NCBI GenBank assembly: GCA_963713045.1 | Contig: CAVQKE010000004.1 | Span: forward strand, 512,001-576,000 | Direction: 5' to 3' | Source of the DNA: an uncultured delta proteobacterium | GTDB taxonomy: Bacteria > Myxococcota > Myxococcia > Myxococcales > Myxococcaceae | Length of the DNA: 64,000 bases | Part shown: piece after piece, positions 27,747-36,945 of the stretch | How the letters are laid out: every line of letters starts with the position of its first letter | How positions within the stretch are numbered: the stretch's first letter is position 1 | The notes under the pieces: model-generated | Databases searched by the model: none | What the model was told of the DNA's origin: nothing | What the model saw: the letters and a program-made list of their open reading frames with translations, nothing else | Made by a program: the position numbers and the translations under genes

Positions 27747-28936
27747 TGCCCCTAGCCCGCACTGCGTCGATTGCCCCAACACGCCTCGCTGGCGCGACCG
27801 ACTCCGCTGTTGTCATCGAAACAGTTCGCCGGCAGGCCGACCTGGATGCCTTCATCCGCTACCAACTCGAGCTCTACGCAGGTAACCCATATTTCGTCCC
27901 GCCCATCGTCGCCGAGCGACGTGACTTCCTGAACAGAGAGAAAAACCCATTTTTCTCCCATGCCGAGGTGGAGCTCTCGGTCGCTCGTCGTCATGGCCAA
28001 GTCGTCGGTCGTATCGCTGCCATCGACGACGCGCTGTGGAATCAATTTCACAATGCGGAGACGGGCTTCTTTGGCCTCTTCGATGCCCCGGACGACCCTG
28101 TCGTAGCCGCCGCCTTGCTCGACCGCGCAGCCGAATTCGCCCGGAGCCGGGGCATGAAGACACTCACCGGTCCCGTCAATCTCTCCACCAACCACGAATG
28201 TGGCCTGCTGGTGGAAGGGTTCGACTTTCCGCCTGCGATGATGATGCCCTACAACTTCCAATACTACAGCACGCTCCTCGAGGGATGGGGCCTCCGGAAG
28301 ATGAAGGACCTGTACGCCTATGATTTGAGTACGGCGTTGGCGCCGCCAGAGAAGGTCGTCCGTGTGGCCGATCGCCTCCGTGAGCAGCAGGGTGTCCGCG
28401 TGCGGCCAATTGACCTCCGACAACTGCCAGAGGAAATTCGCAAGCTTAAGAGCATTTACAACGCGATGATGGATCCGGCGTGGCTCTTTCTGCCCCTCAA
28501 TGAGGAGGAGTTCGACGGCATCGTCGCTCGCCTTCGGCCCCTGGTGCGGGTGCGCCCCGAGCTGTGCCTCATCGCCGAGGTTCGCGGAGAGCCCGTGGCT
28601 TTTTCCATCACCCTTCCCGATGCCAACCGCGCCATTCAAGCAGCAGGGGGTTACCTCACCCATTGGGGCCTGCCGGTCGGGCTGGCGCGAATGGCCTGGG
28701 CTGCCCGAAACATCGAGCGGCTCCGCGTCCTCCTCTTCGGGATCAAACCGGGATTTCGTCGCCGCGGCCTCGACGCCCTCCTGTACCTGGAGACCCTTCG
28801 GACGGCTCGTCGCCTGGGCTACGACGGGGCGGAGCTTGGCTGGGTCACCGAAGACAACGAATTGATGGTTCGTGCCATTGAGTCCATGGGCGCTCGCCGC
28901 TACAAGACCTACCGAATTTACGAGCGACCGTTGTGA
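27746..28936 (+). CDS. Bacterial ceramide synthase-like tandem-GNAT protein, copy 2 (diverged)
   Basis: ATG overlaps the reductase TGA; FVPPI, NPFF, VVGRIA, GPVNLSTNHECGLLVEGF, MMMPYN, PDAN, ELGWVTEDN, KTYRIY. Confidence 0.8.
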   Translation: MPLARTASIAPTRLAGATDSAVVIETVRRQADLDAFIRYQLELYAGNPYFVPPIVAERRDFLNREKNPFFSHAEVELSVARRHGQVVGRIAAIDDALWNQFHNAETGFFGLFDAPDDPVVAAALLDRAAEFARSRGMKTLTGPVNLSTNHECGLLVEGFDFPPAMMMPYNFQYYSTLLEGWGLRKMKDLYAYDLSTALAPPEKVVRVADRLREQQGVRVRPIDLRQLPEEIRKLKSIYNAMMDPAWLFLPLNEEEFDGIVARLRPLVRVRPELCLIAEVRGEPVAFSITLPDANRAIQAAGGYLTHWGLPVGLARMAWAARNIERLRVLLFGIKPGFRRRGLDALLYLETLRTARRLGYDGAELGWVTEDNELMVRAIESMGARRYKTYRIYERPL

Positions 28937-29019
28937 AAACCCTAGCCTCTTCCATCTGTCACCTGGAATGGCGAGCAGTGTAGTGTCGACGCCGCTTCAC
29001 CTCCCCTGAGGTCCGTGCC

Positions 29020-29943
29020 ATGCCCATGACCGAGCGCGTGAAGGAGATACTGTCCTGGTACCCGTCGGATAATCCCGGCACCAAAGCCAATCTGGCTCGG
29101 ATGCTCATGACCGGAACTCTGGCCGGGACTGGGAAGATGGTGATCCTCCCGGTTGACCAAGGCTTCGAGCACGGGCCCCAGCGCTCCTTCGGCCCCAATC
29201 CTCCGGGCTATAACCCCGAGTACCACATCAGCTTAGCCATCGAATCGGGTTGCAACGCCTACGCAGCCCCGCTGGGTTTTCTCGAGGCCGTGGCCGGCAA
29301 GTTCGCCGGCGAAATTTCCCTCATCCTCAAGCTGAACAACTCTGACTCGCTGTCCAAGTTGGAGCCCGCGTCGGCGTTGACCGCGTCGCCTAAGGACGCG
29401 GTCCGCCTCGGCTGTGCGGCGGTCGGGTTTACCATCTACCCCGGCTCCGCCGCCCGCAATGTCGTCCTCGAGGAGCTCCGCGAGGTAGTCGCTCAAGCCA
29501 AGGAGTTGGGTCTACCAACCGTGGTGTGGGCCTATCCTCGCGGAAGCGGCGTTCCTAAGGAAGCCGAGCAAGCCGTGGACGTGGTGGCGTATGGCGCCCA
29601 AATTGCGGCACAGATGGGGGCGCACGTCATCAAGGTGAAACCTCCGAAAGAGACCATTCTACAGCCCGAGGCCAAGGCAGTCTTCGACAAATACAATCTG
29701 CCCATCAAGACGCTGGCAGATCGCGTTCGCCATGTCGTCGAAGCCTGTTTCAGCGGGCGCCGGATATGCATCTTCTCGGGAGGCGAGGCAAAGGATACGC
29801 CCGCGGTGCTCGATGAAATCCGCGGCATCAAGGAAGGCGGTGGCTTCGGCTCCATCATGGGCCGGAATGCCTTCCAACGCCCCAAGGCCGAGGCCATCAA
29901 GCTTTTGAGAGACGTGATGGCCATCCATGCCGGCAAGTCTTAG
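29020..29943 (+). CDS. fbaB: Class I fructose-bisphosphate aldolase (DhnA/FbaB)
   Basis: ILPVDQGFEHGP, AVGFTIYPGS, VWAYPRG, Schiff-base IKVK, FSGGE, GSIMGRNAFQR. Confidence 0.93.
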   Translation: MPMTERVKEILSWYPSDNPGTKANLARMLMTGTLAGTGKMVILPVDQGFEHGPQRSFGPNPPGYNPEYHISLAIESGCNAYAAPLGFLEAVAGKFAGEISLILKLNNSDSLSKLEPASALTASPKDAVRLGCAAVGFTIYPGSAARNVVLEELREVVAQAKELGLPTVVWAYPRGSGVPKEAEQAVDVVAYGAQIAAQMGAHVIKVKPPKETILQPEAKAVFDKYNLPIKTLADRVRHVVEACFSGRRICIFSGGEAKDTPAVLDEIRGIKEGGGFGSIMGRNAFQRPKAEAIKLLRDVMAIHAGKS

Positions 29944-29998
29944 CTGCTACCTTAGCCTGCCGGGCCGCACCCCCAGCCGTTGGACTAGGCCTATTCAG

Positions 29999-31084
29999 TC
30001 AACCCGACGCCGACCTGCTGGACGCCGCAGCGTCCGCAAGCTGATTTCGGAGTGCGGCAAAGGTCGCCTGATTTCCGTCTTGACGATAGCCGCGAAGCGC
30101 CTGAGAGCAGGAGTCAAGGCTTCCTAAGAAGTCGACTAGCACCGCCTCGGAGAGAGTCGCGGCATATCGACCATAGCCGAGCTCCTGCAGATAGAGCGCA
30201 TTGAGCACCTGCTCGAACTGTCCCTTGACAGGGACCGCGAGCATCGGCTTGCGCAGGTAAACGGCTTCGCTCATTAGGGTGAAGCCGCCTCCAGCCACCA
30301 CTGCTCGCGCAGTCCGCAAGTCCTCGATGAAGCTCTTTTCGCTAAAGGGCCGGTAGTTGAGGTTGCCATCGACCAGTTCTTGCGTCAGGTCCCGCCTCAA
30401 ACCGTAAATCCGCGCTGGAAGCCCCAAGCGCTTGAGCACTTCCGGCAACTCACGATTGGTGGTGGCCGTCTGGTACACCAAAAGATGGTCACCGGATTCG
30501 CTTGGCGCGTTGAGGACTTCCGGCCGTAGGATCGGCGGTAGCAGGGTCGTGCGGCGTCGTCGGAGCGGTGGGAAGAAGAACGTCGTGACGAGATATTGAA
30601 AGCAACGCGGAAGCTTTGCCTCGACGAAAGCACGGGTTAAATCGAACCTATGCCGATGGCCTGCGATCAGCCTCGGGTCATGCTTGCAGCGGCTAATAAT
30701 CTGAATGTTGTCCAGCGTGATGACTGGAATTCGGCGCGCTTTGCCGACCAGGTAGCTGAAGCTTTCGAAATCACTGATGACCACTTCGGGACGAAACTGG
30801 GAAAGCACCTCGAAGTAAGCGGTTACGTTCGCCGGCCAGCCGCTGACGGCACCGCGCAGGTTCTGTAGAATGGTACGAAAGCTGCGGACCCGATTGCCGT
30901 CGTAGTTGATGGTCAGGCCCCAAATGCGGTGCACGTTGGCGAACTGGCGAGCGAGATATTCGCGGGCACGACCGGAGACGACGATGTGCACTTCATGTCC
31001 GTTTCGAAGCAGCTCCTCGAGGACGACTCGCGAGCGGGTAGCATGACCCATCCCCTCACCCACCACGCCGTAGAGAATCCGCAC
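29999..31084 (-). CDS. GT-B glycosyltransferase, MJ1255/VC2487-like
   Basis: ILYGVVGEGMGHATRS, VISDFE, GGGFTLMSEAVYLRKP, QFEQVLNA; GTG at 31084 (ORF extends to 31111). Confidence 0.85.
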   Translation of the reverse strand: MRILYGVVGEGMGHATRSRVVLEELLRNGHEVHIVVSGRAREYLARQFANVHRIWGLTINYDGNRVRSFRTILQNLRGAVSGWPANVTAYFEVLSQFRPEVVISDFESFSYLVGKARRIPVITLDNIQIISRCKHDPRLIAGHRHRFDLTRAFVEAKLPRCFQYLVTTFFFPPLRRRRTTLLPPILRPEVLNAPSESGDHLLVYQTATTNRELPEVLKRLGLPARIYGLRRDLTQELVDGNLNYRPFSEKSFIEDLRTARAVVAGGGFTLMSEAVYLRKPMLAVPVKGQFEQVLNALYLQELGYGRYAATLSEAVLVDFLGSLDSCSQALRGYRQDGNQATFAALRNQLADAAASSRSASG

Positions 31085-31128
31085 CGAGGCAGGAATATCG
31101 CCTGATCCCATTCACCCTGAGGCACTCG

Positions 31129-31740
31129 ATGATTAGCGTCTATGGCTCGACTCAGTCGGGGAACTGCTGGAAGGTGCGCCAGATTTTGGAGCTCACCGGG
31201 CGCCCGTACCGTTGGGTTGAGACCAATTCGAACGCCGGGGAGACCCGAACCGCCGCGTTCCTCGGTAAGAACCCCAACGGCCAGGTTCCGCTGGTCGAGC
31301 TCGACGACGGGACATACATCACCGAGTCGAACGCCATCTTGGCCCACTTCGCGGAAGGGAGCCCGTGGCTTCCACCTCCAGGCCTACCGCGAACACGTGT
31401 CTTTGAGTGGCTATTCTTCGAGCAGTACAGCCATGAACCCTATGTCGCGGTCGCCCGGAATTGGATTCGCTACTTGCGAGCGAAGGGGCACTACGCCGAC
31501 CGCTTGCCGGAGATTTGGGAGCGCGGCCATCGCGCGCTGGCTGTGATGGAGAAGCGCCTTCACACACATCCTTGGCTCACCGACACCGGGATGACGATCG
31601 CGGACCTCTGCCTCTTCGCCTATACCGATGTGGCCGAGGAAGGAGAGTTTGACCTCGCCCACTACCCCGGACTCAGAGCGTGGCTGGACCGACTTCGGGC
31701 TCATCCGGACATTCGGCCGCTTTCTCGACCAAATGGCTAG
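31129..31740 (+). CDS. Glutathione S-transferase family protein
   Basis: SGNCWKV, NPNGQVP, ESNAIL, WLFFEQYSHEP, TIADLCLFAY. Confidence 0.93.
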   Translation: MISVYGSTQSGNCWKVRQILELTGRPYRWVETNSNAGETRTAAFLGKNPNGQVPLVELDDGTYITESNAILAHFAEGSPWLPPPGLPRTRVFEWLFFEQYSHEPYVAVARNWIRYLRAKGHYADRLPEIWERGHRALAVMEKRLHTHPWLTDTGMTIADLCLFAYTDVAEEGEFDLAHYPGLRAWLDRLRAHPDIRPLSRPNG

Positions 31741-31842
31741 TCGCGCCGGGCGGGTGCTGGCGCAATTGTCGACGCGCAGGCCTTTGCTTTTGGTGCTGAG
31801 GTCGTAGACAATCCCGACAGCTGCCTGCGCTGGAGCCTGCCC

Positions 31843-32124
31843 ATGTGTCGGAGCATTCGTGTGCTCTACAACTTCGATCCACCAACGACGACCGAGGAGA
31901 TATCAGCTGCCGCGCGTCAGTTTGTACGCAAAGTTAGCGGCCTCCCCCGTCCTTCCACCGCCGACGCCGAGGCCTTCGAACGTGCGGTCCTTGAGATTTC
32001 GAGCAGCACAGAAAGGCTGCTCTCTGCCCTCAGCGCACGCACTGCAGTCAGGAGCCGGGAGCGCGAGCGAGAGAGGGCACGCGCGCGGTGGACCTCACGC
32101 GTCAGCCGCCCGTCTTCGCCCTAG
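31843..32124 (+). CDS. DUF2277 family protein
   Basis: MCRSIRVLYNFDPPTT.EEI.AAARQFVRKVSG...AFERAV. Confidence 0.85.
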   Translation: MCRSIRVLYNFDPPTTTEEISAAARQFVRKVSGLPRPSTADAEAFERAVLEISSSTERLLSALSARTAVRSRERERERARARWTSRVSRPSSP

Positions 32125-32408
32125 GTGGGGCCGCCTGACTGCTTCGGTGAGCAGCCCGCCTGCTCCGTTAAGGCTGGACGAACGTCTTCCCGAAGTCCGT
32201 AGCCGACGATTCGGAGAATAGCCTCCTCGCCGTTTGCGCCGTTAGAATCATGAGGCCGTGCCGGGTGCTTTGGCCAGCTGCCCGGCTTCAGCCCGAAGGT
32301 CTTGTCGGATCAAAGCTGGCACCCTTACCCCTGTACCAGTCTTCGCGCCTGAGGCAGTGACCAGACAACGGCCGCGGCGTCACGGAGTCGCCTCGGTGCA
32401 AACTGACG

Positions 32409-32843
32409 TCAAGCCTTCTGTGGTTCATGGACCACAAGCACATTGCGATCCGCGTGGTCAACAACCTTTGACGCGTTCGTGCCCAGGACACGGTCCCAAC
32501 CGCTGTGGCCATGGCTGCCGATGACTATGAGGTCTGCTCGAATCTTTTCCGCGAAGGCGATAATCGCACGCCACGGCTGAACCATCGTCAGTTCGGGCGG
32601 CTCGCAATCAATCCGCATATCCCTCCTAGCAAGCGTCGCCAAGAACTCGCGAGCCTCGTTTTCGAGGAAAGCCGGCAGAGGGTCTGGCGGCATGTGGGCG
32701 GCGGCTGGGAAGTCCGCGGGCATGGAGACTGCTCGATATAAATGGACGCGTGCGTCGAAACGATTTGCAATCTGAAGAGCAGCATCGAGAACGCCCCGAG
32801 ATCGGGCAGAGCCATCAATGGCTGCGAGCAGTACCGAGTACAT
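32409..32843 (-). CDS. Universal stress protein (UspA domain)
   Basis: MYSVLLAAIDGS...ADLIVIGSHGHSGWDRVLGTNASKVVDHADRNVLVV. Confidence 0.88.
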   Translation of the reverse strand: MYSVLLAAIDGSARSRGVLDAALQIANRFDARVHLYRAVSMPADFPAAAHMPPDPLPAFLENEAREFLATLARRDMRIDCEPPELTMVQPWRAIIAFAEKIRADLIVIGSHGHSGWDRVLGTNASKVVDHADRNVLVVHEPQKA

Positions 32844-33167
32844 GGGGCGCACTATCGTGTACCCTCGTAGCTCGCGCACGTCGAGAAGAACTCTCCCACC
32901 AACTCCAGAGGGCCGGCGCGGCGCCCGGTCTCCTGGGTGGCCGGCCGTGTCGGTACGCAAGCCAGCGAAACCTCTGAGCACGACGAAGCGACGGCGTATT
33001 GCGCGCGCAACTTCGATCACTGACCGACGGTGTGCGATGGCCACCTTTCCATGCACAAACGCACCAAGGGACGGATGAAGCCCCGTGCTGACTCGGCAGT
33101 CAGCTACCGCGCCCTGAGAAAAAGGCGACAGAATCGACTCGTTCCAGTCCGAAGAACAGGGTCAATC

Positions 33168-34622
33168 ATGTCACGTGGGAGCACTCAGGGCCGCCTCGCG
33201 CTGCGCGTACTCGCCTACTCCTTAGGCTGGGCTTGGGTGTTGGCATCGTCGGCATGCACGGTTGGGGCTGTCGGTCCGCAGCAACAAGACGGGCAGTGTG
33301 GCAGCGCAAACGGGGCCGTCGTAACGATGACCCCGTCCGTCAACCTGTGCTCTGACGGAGCGCCCTCCGCGGTCAGTGGCAGTGGGCCGTGGACCTGGAC
33401 GTGCGCGGGCGGACCAGGCGGCGAGGTAGCAAGTTGTTCAGCATCGGCGACTTCGACGACGAACACGGACGGCGGAATGACCGATGCCGGCGTGGACACA
33501 CTCCCGGCAGCGGGCAATCCGAATGGCTCATGCACGAGCATCTCCCTGCCCAGTGAAGCCCAACCAGCGGATACCAGCCATCCGAACACTGTGGTTGGAA
33601 CCGGTACGCCCGCCAGTTGTACCTTTGCTGCGTTAGCGAGTGCGGTTAGCGAAGGCGGAATCATCACCTTCAACTGCGGACCAGGCCTCGTCAGTATTCC
33701 GGTGACAGCGTCGCTGACGCCACCGACGTCCAATGCCTATGCAAATGAGGCCCCGATCAACACCGTCATCGATGGGGGAAACAGGATTACTCTCGATGGC
33801 GGACACGCGGTCCGAATCATCTCCTGGGTTCATCCCGGGAGCTGGCGAATCAACACCGACACCCTCACCTTGCAGCACATTCGACTCATCAACGGCAAGA
33901 CTACGCCCATCGACGCCATCCCGCCTTGCGCTCCGGACGGTGGCATCTCCAATACTCAATGCTCGCAAGGCTACGACGACGGCCAAGGTGGAGCTCTCTA
34001 CATGCAGGACGGTCTGCTGCGGGTGATTGACGTCACCTTCGCCAACAACCAAGCCGCTCTGCTTGGACCTGATACGGGTGGCGGCGCCATTTATCTTTAT
34101 GGAACCGCAAACGCGTCGTACGTCGTTCAGAGCACGTTCCAAAGCAATACCGCGAGCAATGCAGGCGCAATCGGAATGTTGTGGGCCGGTGCCTTCGTCT
34201 TCAACAGCTTGTTTGAGGGCAACAGCGCGGTCGGAACTGGTGCCAACAACAATGACCCCAGCCAGTGCACGTGTATGAACAACGGCCAAAACCAGGTCGG
34301 CTCGGGCGGCAACGGCGGGGCCATCTACAAGGACGGCGGGGACGCCGTTAACTTAACGATTTGCGGCACTCAGATTCGAAGCAACTCGGCGACCGAATTC
34401 GGCGCTGCGGTTTTCCTCACTGCCGACGGATCCTCGGCCAAGCTCGTTATTTACGATTCTCTCCTTACAAGTAATTCAAGTCCCATCGGCTATTGGAATT
34501 GGTGCGACGGAGTCTCAACCGACAACCCGCACCAGAGTGGTTCGACGAGCTGCTCCCCTTCCCCGGTCAATTCGACCTTCTGCGATACCGCGGGCAATTG
34601 CACAACTTCCTGCGGCTCATGA
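33168..34622 (+). CDS. Exported Cys-rich protein with Pmp-like/pectin-lyase-like beta-helix repeats
   Basis: Signal/lipobox-like ASSAC, a CGSANG...WTWTC...C module, and GGAL/GGAI plus FxxN repeats (FANN, FQSN, FEGN). Confidence 0.72.
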   Translation: MSRGSTQGRLALRVLAYSLGWAWVLASSACTVGAVGPQQQDGQCGSANGAVVTMTPSVNLCSDGAPSAVSGSGPWTWTCAGGPGGEVASCSASATSTTNTDGGMTDAGVDTLPAAGNPNGSCTSISLPSEAQPADTSHPNTVVGTGTPASCTFAALASAVSEGGIITFNCGPGLVSIPVTASLTPPTSNAYANEAPINTVIDGGNRITLDGGHAVRIISWVHPGSWRINTDTLTLQHIRLINGKTTPIDAIPPCAPDGGISNTQCSQGYDDGQGGALYMQDGLLRVIDVTFANNQAALLGPDTGGGAIYLYGTANASYVVQSTFQSNTASNAGAIGMLWAGAFVFNSLFEGNSAVGTGANNNDPSQCTCMNNGQNQVGSGGNGGAIYKDGGDAVNLTICGTQIRSNSATEFGAAVFLTADGSSAKLVIYDSLLTSNSSPIGYWNWCDGVSTDNPHQSGSTSCSPSPVNSTFCDTAGNCTTSCGS

Positions 34623-34755
34623 CCCTCGACCGATTGAGGTGGCTTAGACGGTCGAGGCCCGCGGACCTCTCCCGAGAATAGCGACTGACCAGGACTGTCG
34701 TCGACGTAGAGCGACGTGCGTGGAGGGTCCTCATCGGCCGAGACCTCTTTGGACG

Positions 34756-35364
34756 TCAGCACGCGTAGAGAGTTTGGATGCCGGTGAGAGCTTCCCAGAG
34801 CGCCCTTGACATCCGTCCGCACGCGGCCGTTGCCCGTTCGCGGTCAACGTCAGTCATCTCGGCTAGTCTTCTCTCAAGAAGTGCTTCCTCTCCCGTCTCG
34901 CAGCTGTGGGCTTGGAAGTAAGGCCTCACGCCAGGAGGGAGCCACGCGTAGTGGGTGCCCAGGCCTACCAGTTTGGAATGGGCTGTCGATGGCTGCTGCA
35001 CTTCGAAAGCATAGAGCGCACCGGCGGCAGAAGCCGGAGTTGCGAATGAATGAATCGCCTCGTCGACAAGAGCCCGCACAGCGCTAACCCGAGGGCTCGC
35101 TGCGATCGCGGTACCTAGCGTCCGAGCGAAGTCACTCCAAAGTTCCACGTGGTGGCGTTCTATCGCCGCACCCTCGAATTCGCCAAGAGTCGTCCATCCA
35201 CGATCGAGCACGGAAATGAACGCTCCGTACTCCCGGGCATATGTCGCGAGCGCTTCAACCGGTAGCCGGCCGGCACTCCACGCTTTGTAAAAGGGATGTC
35301 CGAGCAGGTCAAAATCGCGGATTGTCCCGCGCATGGTCTGTAGAGTCGTTTCGAGTCTGGTCAT
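34756..35364 (-). CDS. Heme-oxygenase-like (CADD/PqqC/TenA) oxidase, CADD-like
   Basis: LLGHPFYKAWSAG, YAREY, HVELW, GALYAFEVQ.P, SKL.GL, YFQAH. Confidence 0.75.
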   Translation of the reverse strand: MTRLETTLQTMRGTIRDFDLLGHPFYKAWSAGRLPVEALATYAREYGAFISVLDRGWTTLGEFEGAAIERHHVELWSDFARTLGTAIAASPRVSAVRALVDEAIHSFATPASAAGALYAFEVQQPSTAHSKLVGLGTHYAWLPPGVRPYFQAHSCETGEEALLERRLAEMTDVDRERATAACGRMSRALWEALTGIQTLYAC

Positions 35365-35501
35365 TTTCTTAGCCTCTGGGTCAACGCCGAGACGCGGTAT
35401 ACAGTCTCCGGCGGCTCACCCAATGACGATTGTCTCGCCCTTCTAGGTCACGTCATCAGGCTCCTCAACCCGCCTCCAGGTCCCCCAACTTTCTATTGAG
35501 T

Positions 35502-35840
35502 CTAAGGCGGGGCGCCATGTGATTGCGCTGCGACGCAGGTGTTTGAGCCCTCCTGACACATCACGATGTAGATGTCCTTCTTGCCGCATCCCTCGACGCC
35601 GACGGTGTACTCGAGCCGCGTGACACCGGAACCGACCCAGCGGCCACTCACTGCCGGCTGGATGTAATCGCTGGAGAGTACCTCGGCAGTCGCAGTTGGA
35701 CAGCTGAGATCGAAACGACCCCGGGCCAAGGCTGTCTCCGTCGCCGTCGGCGCTTGCGCAGCGAGTTGGGAACTGGTGCTCGCACACGCTGCTGCACCAA
35801 ATAAGCCCACCCACATGAACAACCTAAGCAACTTTTTCAT
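35502..35840 (-). CDS. Small lipoprotein
   Basis: MKKLLRLFMWVGLFGAAAC lipobox with GGAGG upstream; RGRFDLSCP...GVEGCGK...C...C. Confidence 0.7.
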   Translation of the reverse strand: MKKLLRLFMWVGLFGAAACASTSSQLAAQAPTATETALARGRFDLSCPTATAEVLSSDYIQPAVSGRWVGSGVTRLEYTVGVEGCGKKDIYIVMCQEGSNTCVAAQSHGAPP

Positions 35841-36203
35841 GGCGGTTCCCTCCCCGAAGCGCTCCTGCCAGGACTTGGTCAGAAGAGAGCATCGGAGCCG
35901 CACTGTCAACCGAGAATAGTTCGGCGATCGCCTCACGCGCCGTCTCAAGTCAGAGAACCGTGCCCGACTGATTCAACGCGAGTCGCCTCTTAATGAAGAG
36001 CCTTGAGCCCTAGCATCCTCCGACGGTCGTGTTGGAGCCTCTGTGACCTTGGGTGTTCGCAACTTGCAATCTGGAATTTGGGCGACGCTTCCCCGCGTGT
36101 TGCCTGTCGGACTCTGTCGAGGAAAAATCCCGCGCCAGCTCCAACCAGTCATGGAGAGGCTAACGTTTGGAGCCATGCGGGTTAGTCACCGTTGCGCCAA
36201 GTG

Positions 36204-36623
36204 CTAGTGGCTGGTGAGTAAAATGCGATCTGGGAGAGATTCACCTCGGCTGTGCATACTCCGCCGAATTTCGCCCAGCGGCAGGTGAAGTGCCTCCCGT
36301 CGACTGTGCTGCGACAGTGCGACCAACTGGCCACGGACGTCGAGCGCCTTCGTTAGAATTTCTTCGACTTGCGGCGCGAGCAGCTTTCGCTCAATTGCCC
36401 TGCTGGTGTCCTGTTGCCAGTTGAGAGCTTGACTTCCCAAGGCTACGAGAACGTCAGCGAGCGCATACGGCTCGTCCGGACTCTCGAGAGAAAAGAGATC
36501 CGAGGGTAGTCTGTCAAGTTTGGCTCGCAAATCCCTGAGCGCTCGATGAAGCTCTGTCAGGTGCGCGGACGAGCGAGTCTTCTCCAAGAACCAATCAAGC
36601 CCGGTGCGCAGAATCGGGTCCAT
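36204..36623 (-). CDS. Hypothetical helical protein
   Basis: 139-aa ORF of amphipathic helical composition; no motif recognised. Confidence 0.4.
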   Translation of the reverse strand: MDPILRTGLDWFLEKTRSSAHLTELHRALRDLRAKLDRLPSDLFSLESPDEPYALADVLVALGSQALNWQQDTSRAIERKLLAPQVEEILTKALDVRGQLVALSQHSRREALHLPLGEIRRSMHSRGESLPDRILLTSH

Positions 36624-36945
36624 CCGCCAAAAAGATGGCGACGGGTCCCACTTGAGGCAAGACCCTGCAGGGCACTTCCAGAGATAGAAGCCGGAAAGCC
36701 ATTGATATTTTCCGTCTTCGCTGAATCCAAGAGCGCATCGAGTGGGCCCACTCCACCGGCAAACACGTGTGGTGGACTCTGCTCGAGCTGCTTCACGTCA
36801 ACTGAATCCCCCAGCTCGCGCGCCCAGAGAACAGCCTGCGATGACCTGTTAGGGACCACTCCGGGGTGGCCTCCGGCTCAGCTGCGTTTTGAGCGGACAG
36901 GTGGGGCTGGGAGTCGGCCAAGTGCGTCCGCGCCGCGTGGATAGT

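Noticed and set aside
32999..33104. Riboswitch upstream of the Cys-rich exported protein
   Set aside because: Only a TTGCGCGCGCAA palindrome and a 7-bp hairpin (33087-33104); no recognisable aptamer consensus.
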